Assembly (NCBI GenBank): GCA_963718285.1
Contig: CAVQYU010000006.1
Span: forward strand, 94,059-158,058
Length of the DNA stretch: 64,000 bases
Origin: an uncultured Chloroflexia bacterium
GTDB taxonomy: Bacteria > Chloroflexota > Limnocylindria > Limnocylindrales > CSP1-4
Direction: 5' to 3'
Both the position numbers and the translations under genes were made by a program. The notes beneath the pieces are model-generated. The model did not search any database and was not told where the DNA came from. It saw only the letters and a list, made by a program, of their open reading frames with translations. Of this stretch, positions 50,303-59,232 are shown in pieces. How positions within the stretch are numbered: position 1 is the first letter of the stretch; each line of letters starts with the position of its first letter.

Positions 50303-51360
50303 CTGGAGCGGAACGCGTGACGGCCTTCAAGGTCAAGGATCCGAACAACATCGGGGTCGCCTTCCTGGGGGTCGGCCGGATGGGCAAGACCCATATCCAG
50401 ACCCTGGCCGGCATCGGTAACGCCCGGCTGGTCGTGGTCGCCGACCAGGACCCGGCTGCGGCCGAGCGCGGCCGCGAGATCGGCCGGGCGGCTCGATCCA
50501 CGAGCGACCCCCTCGACGCGATCAACGACCCGGCCGTGGAGGCGGTCGTGATCTCGACCCCGACCAGCACCCACGCCAGCCTGGTCGAGGCCGCCCTGCG
50601 GGCGGGCAAGGCGGTCTGGACCGAGAAGCCGATCGCGCTCGACCTGGTCGAGACAAACCGGGTCGTGGACCTCTGGCGCGAGACCGGACTACCCGTCCAG
50701 CTCGGCTTCATGCGCCGCTTCGACCCGGGCTACGTCCGGGCCAAGGAGCTGATCGACGCAGGCGAGCTCGGTCGGATCGAGCAGTTCCGGGCCTACTCGC
50801 GGGACACCTATGTGCCCTCGCCCGAGTTCATCCGGAGCAGCGGCGGCTCGTTCCTGGACATGAGCGTCCATGACTTCGACCTGGCCCGCTTCCTCGTCGG
50901 CGAGGTCGACGAGGTCTCCTCGTGGGGCAGCGTCCTGATCGACCAGCGCTTCGCCGATGGCGACGACATCGACACGGCGGTGACGATGCTGCGCTTCCAC
51001 GACGGCGCGTTGGGCGTGGTCGAGATGTCGCGCCGCTCGGCCTGGGGCTATGACATCCGGACCGAGGTGGCCGGCTCGGCCGGCAAGGTCGTGGTCGACG
51101 CGCCCCACAAGACGCCCCTTACCTTCTCGCGCCGGTTCGGCTACGAGGGCGACCATTTCGAGAGCTTCCCCGATCGCTTCGAGGACGGCTACCGGATCGA
51201 GCTCGAGGTGTTCTTCGAAACGCTGGCCCGGGGCGGCACGCCGGCGCCGGGACCAGAGGAAGCCCTCGAGACGCTCCGCCTGGCGATCGCCGCCCGGCGC
51301 AGCTGGCGCGAAAACCGGCCGGTTGCGGTGGCCGAGGTCAGCGCGGCGAACCCGGCCTGA
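50299..51360 (+). CDS. Gfo/Idh/MocA-family NAD(P)-dependent oxidoreductase (inositol 2-dehydrogenase-like)
   Basis: The Rossmann fold is IGVAFLGVGRMGKTH and the EKP motif is WTEKPIAL. The C-terminal alpha/beta domain is present. The ATG overlaps the LacI stop (ATGA). Confidence 0.85.
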   Translation: MTGAERVTAFKVKDPNNIGVAFLGVGRMGKTHIQTLAGIGNARLVVVADQDPAAAERGREIGRAARSTSDPLDAINDPAVEAVVISTPTSTHASLVEAALRAGKAVWTEKPIALDLVETNRVVDLWRETGLPVQLGFMRRFDPGYVRAKELIDAGELGRIEQFRAYSRDTYVPSPEFIRSSGGSFLDMSVHDFDLARFLVGEVDEVSSWGSVLIDQRFADGDDIDTAVTMLRFHDGALGVVEMSRRSAWGYDIRTEVAGSAGKVVVDAPHKTPLTFSRRFGYEGDHFESFPDRFEDGYRIELEVFFETLARGGTPAPGPEEALETLRLAIAARRSWRENRPVAVAEVSAANPA

Positions 51361-51390
51361 TCCGGGCCAGAACTGGTCAGGCGAGTCTGG

Positions 51391-53988
51391 TCACGGCCTT
51401 CCGCTCATCCGGCGCTCGAGGGCGGCCAGGCTGGCATCGAAGAACGCCAGCATCCGCTCCCGCTCGGCCGGCTCGGCGATCGCCGCCAGCTCGGCCACCC
51501 AGGTCCGGGCGCCCACGATGATCTGCTCGACGGCCGCCCCGTCGCCGGGGGGCGGGATCAGGGGCGCATCCTGGACTTCGACGTAGACCGCCGACGTATG
51601 GGCGGCCATCGCCGTCGTGAATGCGGACTGCAGGTCGACCCGGCTGCGAACCCGGCCGGCGATCCAGCTGCCGGCCCGGACGTCGATCGACTCGTCCAGA
51701 CCAAGCTCGGTCGCTCCCAGCGCGCCGCCCGTGGACGCCACGACCCGGCCGTTCACGACCAGCTCGAGCTCATTGAGCACGGCCTGGGCGGACCGTGCCC
51801 GGAGGCTGACCTCGAGGCGGCCCGCCGACGGCAGCTGGATGACCGCGCCCGGTTCGCGCCCTTCGACCGAGAGCTCGAGCAGGGGGCCGGAGCTGACGAA
51901 CGTCCGGCCGGCCCGTACGGAGGCCGCCCAGCCGGCGAACGTCAACGGCTCGTCGGATAGCAGGTGGGTGTAGGCCCGCACCGCGCCGATCGGTACCTCA
52001 GCCGTCATCTTGTCCGTGCCGCCAACGAGCGGCAGCCGATAGCCGAGGTTGAGGAAGCGGTACCACTCCAGGACCGACGGGTCGTCCAGCCCCGGCGACA
52101 AGGCCTGGGTCTCGACGGCGTCGATCCGGCCACTCACGATGTCGGCTGCGATCTCGGCGTAGGGCAGCGGAAAGTGGGCCGCGACCACGAGCCCGCCGGC
52201 GGCCCGGCAGCAGTCGGCCCAATCGGCCAGGAGGACCTCCAGGGCACCGGCCAGCCGGCCCTCGGGCGGCCCGCCGCTGGCCAGCGGGTTCGTCGGGCGG
52301 CCGGCGCCCAGGAGAGCCAGATGGCCCAGCTGGTTCTGTCGATTCTCGGTCCCGACCACGATGATCCGGCGGCCTTCCGGGTCGGCCATCGAGCCCCATG
52401 GCAGGTCGGTCACGTTGGTGAACAGGTCGCCCCACTGGGCCGCGAGCAGGTTGACCAGGTCGACGTCCTCCGCGGCCGCCTGGAGGAGGGCCGTCGAGGG
52501 GGCGAGGAAGTGGACGTGGCTGTCGGCGCTGATCCAGCGCCCAGCGCCGGCCAGTCCCAGCCTGGGTGCGAGCGGCAGCTCGAGGCGGCGGGTCGAGGGC
52601 TCCACCCGGATCGTGGTGGCGATGGGTGGCCGATCGAAGCCGGTCACGACCTCGACCTCGACCTCCCCCAGCGGCAGGTCGATCTCGAACCGGCCCGGGA
52701 CGTAGGCATAGGTCGAACCGCCCAGGATCAGGTCGCCGCCGGTGTCCTCGAAGAAGCCCGGATTGACCTCGTCCCGGTGGCCCCGGGGCGGCAGGTAGCG
52801 GCCGTCGGGGGTGGCGAACTGGACCCGGGCGGGCAGGTGCTCGCCGGTCAGCCGGTCGACGAGCTCGACCTCGACCGGAATGCGGGCGGCGGGCAGGAGC
52901 TCGATCGACCTGTGCCCGCCACGTTCCGCGATCGGCCGTCCCTCGACCAGATCCCGGGCGGCCACCGGCCAATCGCCGAGGCTGACCGTGGCGTCGGGCG
53001 CGAAGGCGAGGTCGACGATCACGCCCTCGCCCGCTCCCCCGCCTGGCTCGATCTCCGGATCGAGCCAGGGCGTGCCCCAGCCGATGATTCGCGAGGCGCT
53101 CGCCGACGGCCCGAGCCTGGCCGGGCGGCGGACCGGCCGGCTGCGAATGACCGTGCCCAGGTCGATCCCGGGTGGCTCACCCGCCGTCCCTTCCAGCCGG
53201 ACCTGCCCGCGTGGCGACCGGACGAGCGGGCTCGCCGAACCGTTGAACACGGTCACCGCGGCCACGATCAGGTCGCTGCCCGGCCGGCCGCCGGAGCGTG
53301 GCTCGAGCTGCAGCTCGACCGGCTCGGCTCCGTCCTCCAGCGCGATGGCATGGAGCCACAGCAGGAGGTCGTCGGTGCCGCTCGGCACGAAGTCGGAGAC
53401 GCCGGTCAGGTCAGTTCCGTAGCTGCCCGGGATGATCGTGAGGGTGCCCGACTGGCCGGTTGGCGCGTAGCGGCCCGGGAACTGGGCCGGGTGCGGCCCG
53501 CGCCAATCGAGGACCTCCGTCTCGCGATGGCTGATCGCTGCGAACGCTCCCGAGCCCCAGCCGAGCAGGCCGTCGTTGACCTCGAATCGGCGCCGGATCG
53601 GGCGGGTCGTCCGGCGGCCGCTCCGCTCGACCACGGTGTACTCGGCCAGGACCTCGCCGACCGGCACGACGTGGCCCAGGGCCAGGCCCGCCGGCCGCCG
53701 GCCGTCATCGTCGCGCCAGGCATCGGCCAGGTGGGCGATCACGACATGGCTGACCCGGCCACCCCCATCGAGCTTGACCGAGACCGGCCGGTCGACCAGG
53801 ATCCAGCGCCGGCCGTCGCTGGGCCCCAGCTCGAACGGCAGGCCATGGAACACCTGCCGCCCGGCGGGCAGCCGGGCCAGGCCCCCGGCATAGCCCGGAT
53901 GGAACCGGGCGACGAGCTCCAGCTCGGTCGCGTTGCGGGTCGATTCGAGGTCGACCGGCCGGCCCAGGCGGCTCGCCCGAAGGGTCAC
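51391..53988 (-). CDS. Large (865 aa) PHP/CehA-McbA-like metallohydrolase with an uncharacterised N-terminal half, paralog 2 (intact)
   Basis: Single intact ORF with no signal peptide. Residues ~1-470 have no motif I recognise. The C-half has ADSHVHFLAPST, GTENRQNQLGHLALLG, VVAAHFPLP, GGTDKMTAEV and a tail with AAHTSAVYVEV, typical of CehA/McbA-type PHP-fold hydrolases. Confidence 0.8.
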   Translation of the reverse strand: MTLRASRLGRPVDLESTRNATELELVARFHPGYAGGLARLPAGRQVFHGLPFELGPSDGRRWILVDRPVSVKLDGGGRVSHVVIAHLADAWRDDDGRRPAGLALGHVVPVGEVLAEYTVVERSGRRTTRPIRRRFEVNDGLLGWGSGAFAAISHRETEVLDWRGPHPAQFPGRYAPTGQSGTLTIIPGSYGTDLTGVSDFVPSGTDDLLLWLHAIALEDGAEPVELQLEPRSGGRPGSDLIVAAVTVFNGSASPLVRSPRGQVRLEGTAGEPPGIDLGTVIRSRPVRRPARLGPSASASRIIGWGTPWLDPEIEPGGGAGEGVIVDLAFAPDATVSLGDWPVAARDLVEGRPIAERGGHRSIELLPAARIPVEVELVDRLTGEHLPARVQFATPDGRYLPPRGHRDEVNPGFFEDTGGDLILGGSTYAYVPGRFEIDLPLGEVEVEVVTGFDRPPIATTIRVEPSTRRLELPLAPRLGLAGAGRWISADSHVHFLAPSTALLQAAAEDVDLVNLLAAQWGDLFTNVTDLPWGSMADPEGRRIIVVGTENRQNQLGHLALLGAGRPTNPLASGGPPEGRLAGALEVLLADWADCCRAAGGLVVAAHFPLPYAEIAADIVSGRIDAVETQALSPGLDDPSVLEWYRFLNLGYRLPLVGGTDKMTAEVPIGAVRAYTHLLSDEPLTFAGWAASVRAGRTFVSSGPLLELSVEGREPGAVIQLPSAGRLEVSLRARSAQAVLNELELVVNGRVVASTGGALGATELGLDESIDVRAGSWIAGRVRSRVDLQSAFTTAMAAHTSAVYVEVQDAPLIPPPGDGAAVEQIIVGARTWVAELAAIAEPAERERMLAFFDASLAALERRMSGRP

Positions 53989-54002
53989 GAATGGGCGACG
54001 TA

Positions 54003-54047
54003 TTGACGGGTCATGGGCCGGACGCTAGCATCGTACAAACGGTTGCA
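54003..54047 (+). promoter_or_regulatory. Promoter-operator module e: TTGACG-17-TAGCAT followed by the operator TACAAACGGTTGCA, shared with a divergent candidate promoter
   Basis: -35 at 54003-54008, -10 at 54026-54031, operator at 54034-54047. On the minus strand, TTGTGC (54050-54045)-17-TAGCGT (54027-54022) faces paralog 2. Confidence 0.6.
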
Positions 54048-54092
54048 CAAGAGGGAGCTTGATGTCCGGACAAGGTCCAGATCGTCCCTGCC

Positions 54093-55184
54093 TTGAACTC
54101 CTTGCCTGACTCAACGCCTGCCATAGAATTGCGCCATGCCACGAAGCGGTACGGCGACGCTACCGCCCTCGATGACGTCTCGATGGTCATCCAGCCGGGC
54201 GAGTTCTTCTGCCTGCTGGGCCCGTCCGGCTGCGGCAAGACCACGACCCTCAACCTGATCGGTGGCTTCCTGCCGCTGACGTCGGGTGACCTGCTGATCG
54301 AGGGCCGCACGGTCAACGACCTGCCGCCTCACAAGCGCAATGTGAACACGGTCTTCCAGAACTACGCCCTCTTCCCGCACATGACCGTGGCCCAGAATGT
54401 CGCGTTCGGCCTGCGCATGGAGAAGCTGTCCAAGGCCGACATCAGCCAGCGCACCGGCGAGTACCTGGAGCTGGTCGGGCTGAGCGGCCTGACCGGTCGC
54501 CTGCCGTCCCAGATGTCCGGTGGACAGCAGCAGCGGGTCGCCCTGGCTCGTGCGCTGGCCAAGCGGCCGGCGGTGCTCCTCCTCGATGAGCCCCTGGGGG
54601 CCCTCGACCTGAAGCTGCGCAAGCAGATGCAGACCGAGCTGGCCCGGATCCACCGCCAGGTCGGCACGACCTTCGTCTTCGTCACCCACGATCAGGAAGA
54701 AGCGCTGTCGATGGCGACCCGGATCGCCATCATGTCCAACGGCACCGTCCTCCAACAGGGCTCGCCCCGGGAGGTCTACGATCGGCCCGCCAATCGGTTC
54801 GTGGCCGATTTCGTGGGCGACACGAACTTCGTGGTGGGTACCGTCCGTCGCGACGGCGACTCGGCCGTCTTCGATGTCGGCAGCTCGACGGTGGAGGTGC
54901 AGAGGGACGCCGAGGCGGGGCCGGCCACATTGATGATCCGGCCCGAGTTCCTGGGCCTCCGGCAACGGGACTCGGTCGATGCCGCGCCGGGCCTGCCGGG
55001 GCGGGTTGTCAACGTCGCCTTTCTGGGCAATCACACAAGGATCACGGTCGCCACGGCGGCGGGAGACATGGTCGTCGTGAGGCCGCATGGGACAAGAGAT
55101 TCGACCGCAGACACGCAGCGTGAGTTGGGTGAGGAGGTTTGCGTATGGTGGCGGATCGAAAACGCCGCACTGATCCGGGAGTAG
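54093..55184 (+). CDS. ABC transporter ATP-binding protein (PotA/spermidine-putrescine import type)
   Basis: Walker A is GPSGCGKTT, the signature is MSGGQQQRVALARAL and Walker B is LLLDEPLGALD. A TOBE-like C-terminus is present. The true start may be ATG 54062 (see findings). Confidence 0.9.
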   Translation: MNSLPDSTPAIELRHATKRYGDATALDDVSMVIQPGEFFCLLGPSGCGKTTTLNLIGGFLPLTSGDLLIEGRTVNDLPPHKRNVNTVFQNYALFPHMTVAQNVAFGLRMEKLSKADISQRTGEYLELVGLSGLTGRLPSQMSGGQQQRVALARALAKRPAVLLLDEPLGALDLKLRKQMQTELARIHRQVGTTFVFVTHDQEEALSMATRIAIMSNGTVLQQGSPREVYDRPANRFVADFVGDTNFVVGTVRRDGDSAVFDVGSSTVEVQRDAEAGPATLMIRPEFLGLRQRDSVDAAPGLPGRVVNVAFLGNHTRITVATAAGDMVVVRPHGTRDSTADTQRELGEEVCVWWRIENAALIRE

Positions 55185-55208
55185 CCACACCAACTGGAGG
55201 AGCACGGA

Positions 55209-56393
55209 ATGGCTGATTTCAACCAGCAGCTCGGTCGGCGAGAGTTCCTGAGACTCGCCGCGGCGACCGGAGGCACCGTCGGACTGGCGGCCTTCCTGGC
55301 CGCCTGCGGCGCAACCGCCGCGACAGCGCCCCCGGCGACCGCCGGACCCACCGCCGCCCCGGCCAGCGCCGGCGCGGCACCTTCGGCGGCGGCCACGCCC
55401 GGGCCGACCGGCACCTTCAACTGGCTGACCTGGGGCGACCACTGGTACCAGGCCGAGATGGACAAGATCGCGGCCGATATCGGGATCAAGGCCAACATCA
55501 CCAGCTTCAGCGACAACATCGACGCCTACACCAAGATCCAGCAGGTCGGCGGCCAGGTTGATCTGGTCTCCGGCGACGCCCTGTGGGTGCCCCACTACTA
55601 CCAGAGCCAGCTGGTCGACGCGTTCGACATCAACTCGCTGAAGGTCGCGAGCCAGCTGTACTCGGTGGCCCGCGCCTTCGACATCTGGACCAGCCCGGCG
55701 GGCTATCTGGGTTATCCGAACGGCTGGGCGCCGATCCAGATCACCTACGACGCGGCCCACGTGACCTCGGGCGCCGATTCCTGGCAGCTCCTCTTGGACC
55801 CCAAGTACAAGAAGCGGGTCGTGGTCGAGGACCAGCCGGTCGAGGTCATGGCCTACATGGGCAAGGCCGCCGGCGTCAAGGATCCGTACAACATGACCGA
55901 CGCCGAGATCGCCTCGGCAAAGGCGCTCCTCGTCCAGCTCAAGCCGAACATCCTGCGGCTCGCCCCGCAGGCCACCGACACCGTTGCGGCGCTCAAGAAC
56001 GGCGAGGCCTGGATCGCCACGATCAACCTCGGCGCCGACACCGCGGTCATGGACCAGGGCGGCCCGAAGCTGACCACGTTCACCCCCAAGGAAGGCTCCA
56101 TCGGCTGGATGGACAGCGAGATGCTCGTCCACGGCGGGGCCAATCAGAACCTGCTCATGCCCTTCCTCGAGGTCCACGAGCAGGCCGAATATGTCGCGGC
56201 CAACTTCATGATCAACCGGCGGCCCCTGTTCAATGAGGCGGCCTACAAGCTGCTCATCAACCAGGGCCAGCAGGAGCTTGCCGATCACCTGCTCTACAAC
56301 AAGCCCGAGACGGTCAACACGATGACCCTCAAGGGCCCCGGTAGCTCGACCCAGGCCGTCATCGCCGCGTTCAACGACGTCTTCGGCTCGTAG
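55209..56393 (+). CDS. PotD/PotF-like extracellular solute-binding protein, Tat signal plus lipobox
   Basis: The N-terminus is RREFLRLAAATGGTVGLAAFLAACG, followed by an Ala/Pro linker and a type 2 periplasmic-binding fold (family 1 SBP). Confidence 0.85.
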   Translation: MADFNQQLGRREFLRLAAATGGTVGLAAFLAACGATAATAPPATAGPTAAPASAGAAPSAAATPGPTGTFNWLTWGDHWYQAEMDKIAADIGIKANITSFSDNIDAYTKIQQVGGQVDLVSGDALWVPHYYQSQLVDAFDINSLKVASQLYSVARAFDIWTSPAGYLGYPNGWAPIQITYDAAHVTSGADSWQLLLDPKYKKRVVVEDQPVEVMAYMGKAAGVKDPYNMTDAEIASAKALLVQLKPNILRLAPQATDTVAALKNGEAWIATINLGADTAVMDQGGPKLTTFTPKEGSIGWMDSEMLVHGGANQNLLMPFLEVHEQAEYVAANFMINRRPLFNEAAYKLLINQGQQELADHLLYNKPETVNTMTLKGPGSSTQAVIAAFNDVFGS

Positions 56394-56417
56394 GATCGGC
56401 GTAACCCATTCCCTGAC

Positions 56418-57335
56418 ATGACCGTAGCTTCCGACGGCGGGGCCCCCCTGGCCCCGTCCGCCGGGTCCTCATCGGGACTCGCCCGACGATTCGGCCGGGC
56501 TCTGCCAGCCCTGCCGGGTCTGGGCGTGCTCCTGTTCCTGTTCCTGGTCCCAATGGCGATCATGTTCGTGTTCAGCTTCTGGCGCACGAACAACGACTTC
56601 CGGGTCGTGCCGGACTGGAACCTCGGGAACTACGCCCGGTTCTTCGTCGAGGGGACGTACCTCCGGACGTTTCTCAAGACGCTGATCATGGGCGGCCTCG
56701 TCACCGTCACGGCACTCGCGATCGGACTGCCGTTCGCCTACTTCCTCGTGCGCTACACGGGCAAGGTGACCCAGCGAGTGATCCTCCTGTTGGTGATCGT
56801 TCCGTTCTGGACCAGCTACCTGGTCCGGGTCTACGCCTGGCAGGCGATCCTCGGCGAACACGGCGCGCTCAACCAGGTCCTCATGGGGATCGGGCTGATC
56901 AAGGTGCCCTCGGACCTGTTCAACTACGACGACCCGGGCGTGTATGTCGTCCTGACCTACATCTACTTCCCGTTCGCCCTGCTGGCCCTGTATGCCTCGC
57001 TGGAGAAGTTCGACTTCACCCAGCTGAACGCGGCCCAGGACCTCGGGGCCCGGCCGAGCCAGGCCTTCCGGCACATCCTCCTGCCCCAGATCCGGGCGGG
57101 GATCATCACCGCCTGCATCTTCGTGTTCATCCCGATCCTCGGTGAGTTCCTCACCCCGACCCTGATCGGCGGCGCCCAGAGCAGCCTGATCGCGAACCTT
57201 GTCGTGAACTACCTGCGCCAGGCCCAGTTCGCGGAAGGCGCCGCCCTGGCGATCATCATTGCGGTCTTCGTGACCGTGGTCATGATCGTGTTCCGCAAGT
57301 CATTCCGGGTCGAGGACGTGGTGACCAGTGGCTAG
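56418..57335 (+). CDS. ABC transporter permease (PotB-like)
   Basis: Intact 305-aa ORF with 6 TM helices and the EAA-type loop LNAAQDLGARPSQAFRHILLPQ. Confidence 0.85.
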   Translation: MTVASDGGAPLAPSAGSSSGLARRFGRALPALPGLGVLLFLFLVPMAIMFVFSFWRTNNDFRVVPDWNLGNYARFFVEGTYLRTFLKTLIMGGLVTVTALAIGLPFAYFLVRYTGKVTQRVILLLVIVPFWTSYLVRVYAWQAILGEHGALNQVLMGIGLIKVPSDLFNYDDPGVYVVLTYIYFPFALLALYASLEKFDFTQLNAAQDLGARPSQAFRHILLPQIRAGIITACIFVFIPILGEFLTPTLIGGAQSSLIANLVVNYLRQAQFAEGAALAIIIAVFVTVVMIVFRKSFRVEDVVTSG

Positions 57336-58176
57336 AGGAACCAGCCCGCTCGAGACCATGCCGGTCAGCCGCTACGCCCGGCAGACTCGCTGGTCCCTGA
57401 TGATCCTGGCCGGGGCCGTGCTGGCCTTCCTGTACCTGCCGATCGCGATGCTCATCCTGTTCTCGTTCGAGGAGGCCGCGACGCCGGGCCTGCCGATCAC
57501 CGGGCTGACACTGCACTGGTACCAGGTGCTCGCGGCTGACACCTCGATCCAGTCGGCCCTCCTGACCTCGATTGAGGTCGCGATCGCCGTGACGATCGTG
57601 GCCTCGATCGTGGGCACGATGGTCGCCTTCCCGCTCGTCCGCGGCGGCGTGCGCGCCCCCGGGTCGCTCCGGCTCCTGTTCACCCTGCCGATCATGATCC
57701 CCGGGTTCCTGATCGGGATCGGACTGCTGATCTTCTTCCGCCAGGCGCTCCACCTCCAGCTCGGCCTGTACACGGTGGTCGCCGGCCACCTCGTCTTCAC
57801 CATCCCATTCGTGGTCCTGATCGTGGCTGCCCGGCTCCAGGGCTTCGATCGCCGCCTCGAATGGGCCGCCGCCGATCTCGGAGCGAGTCCGTGGCGCACA
57901 TTGCGCTACATCGTGCTGCCGCTGATCGCGCCGGCGATCCTGGCGGGTGCGCTCCTGTGCGTCACCCTGTCGATCGACGAGTTCGTGATCACGTTCTTCC
58001 TGATCGGCCCGCAGCAGACCCTGCCGCTGTACATCTACACCCAGATCAAGTTCGGGGTGACGCCCGAGGTCAACGCGATCGCCACCGTGATCCTGGTCGT
58101 GTCGTTGTCTACGGTCTTGATCGGCTCACTGCTGCTGACGGGCAGCCGCCGGCTGCGCCGACCCCGGCCGCAATGA
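57328..58176 (+). CDS. ABC transporter permease (PotC-like)
   Basis: Intact 282-aa ORF with 6 TM helices and the EAA-type loop EWAAADLGASPWRTLRYIVLPL. It overlaps the upstream gene by 8 nt. Confidence 0.85.
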   Translation: MARGTSPLETMPVSRYARQTRWSLMILAGAVLAFLYLPIAMLILFSFEEAATPGLPITGLTLHWYQVLAADTSIQSALLTSIEVAIAVTIVASIVGTMVAFPLVRGGVRAPGSLRLLFTLPIMIPGFLIGIGLLIFFRQALHLQLGLYTVVAGHLVFTIPFVVLIVAARLQGFDRRLEWAAADLGASPWRTLRYIVLPLIAPAILAGALLCVTLSIDEFVITFFLIGPQQTLPLYIYTQIKFGVTPEVNAIATVILVVSLSTVLIGSLLLTGSRRLRRPRPQ

Positions 58177-58280
58177 ACGGGCCCGATTGAGCGGTCTCCT
58201 CGGCTCGCGTCCCGGCCCGGAGGCCCCGCATCCGGCTGGGCTTCCAGGTCTGGGGCCAGGCAGCATCCTGGACCGAGCTG

Positions 58281-59189
58281 ATGTCGGCCGCGGACCGGAT
58301 CGAGGCGCTGGGCTTCGCCAGCCTGTTCGCCAACGACCACCTCATGCCGATCCTGGGCGATGCCGACGGACCTGTCCTTGGCGCCGAGGGCCCCGTCTTC
58401 GAAGGCTGGATGACCCTCGCCGCGTGGGCCGCCCGGACGAACCGACTGCCCCTGGGCGTGCTCGTGTGCGGGGTCGGCTATCGCAACGTGGGCCTGACCG
58501 TGAAGATGGCCACCGCCCTCGACCATGCCAGCGGCGGCCGGGCAATCCTGGGCATCGGGGCCGGCTGGCACGAGCCCGAGCATCGTGCCTTCGGTTACGA
58601 GATGCTCCCCCTCGGGGACCGGATCAGCCGCCTGGACGAGGCCAGCCAGGTCGCCCGCGGGATGCTCGACGGCGAAGCGGTCACGTTCGAAGGGCGCTGG
58701 CTGAGCAGTGTCCGAATGCGCAACGATCCGGCGCCGGTCCAGGCTCGCCTGCCCCTCCTGATCGGGGGCAGCGGCGAGAAGCGCACCCTTCGGATCGTTG
58801 CCCGCGATGCCGACATCTGGAACGGCGAGGGCGATCCAGCCACCTACGCCCGCCGGAACCAGATCCTGGACGAGCATTGCGCCGCGGTCGGCCGAGATCC
58901 AGCGGAGATCCGGCGGACGGTCGGCATCCCGCCGATCTGCATTCGGGCCAGCCGGGACGCCGCCGTCGAGGCCCTCGGCGCGATCCTGGCCCGGCAGGGC
59001 GGCGAACCCGCGACCGCCCGGGCCTGGGCCGCCAGCTCGCCCCTCGCCAACACGGAGGCGGAGGTCCTCCGGCTCCTGCGCGCCTGGCATACGGCCGGCG
59101 CCGAGGAAGCCGTCGCCGACCTGCCGACGCCGATCGATGACACGACATTCGAACGCCTGGCCGGGCCCATCCGCCAGCAGCTCGCTTGA
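58281..59189 (+). CDS. LLM-class F420-dependent oxidoreductase (true start probably upstream, about 58187-58230)
   Basis: Blocks are ILGIGAGWHEPEH and LLIGGSGEKRTLRIVARDADIWN. The frame is open upstream (..RIRLGFQVWGQAASWTEL) with no canonical start there, and TTG 58187 is in another frame. A 5' indel is therefore possible. Confidence 0.8.
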   Translation: MSAADRIEALGFASLFANDHLMPILGDADGPVLGAEGPVFEGWMTLAAWAARTNRLPLGVLVCGVGYRNVGLTVKMATALDHASGGRAILGIGAGWHEPEHRAFGYEMLPLGDRISRLDEASQVARGMLDGEAVTFEGRWLSSVRMRNDPAPVQARLPLLIGGSGEKRTLRIVARDADIWNGEGDPATYARRNQILDEHCAAVGRDPAEIRRTVGIPPICIRASRDAAVEALGAILARQGGEPATARAWAASSPLANTEAEVLRLLRAWHTAGAEEAVADLPTPIDDTTFERLAGPIRQQLA

Positions 59190-59232
59190 ACCGGGGCGGA
59201 TTCCGCCGCCCGAATCACTGGAGGTAGATTTG

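Noticed and set aside
54789-54802. A sixth operator-like sequence, GCCAATCGGTTCGT.
   Set aside because: It lies inside the potA coding sequence (PANRFV block). It has 5 of 12 specified positions mismatched to the operator pattern and no associated -35/-10 module.
54111-56288. Very long alternate-strand or alternate-frame ORFs. Examples are 54111..56288 (-, 725 aa), 2367..4568 (-), 6616..8475 (+), 24085..25719 (+), 51964..54006 (+) and 60598..61962 (-).
   Set aside because: They overlap genes with unmistakable motifs on the other strand or frame. Their composition is Arg/Gly/Pro/Asp-rich and low in complexity, and they carry no recognisable domains. This is the expected stop-codon-poor artefact of very high-GC DNA.
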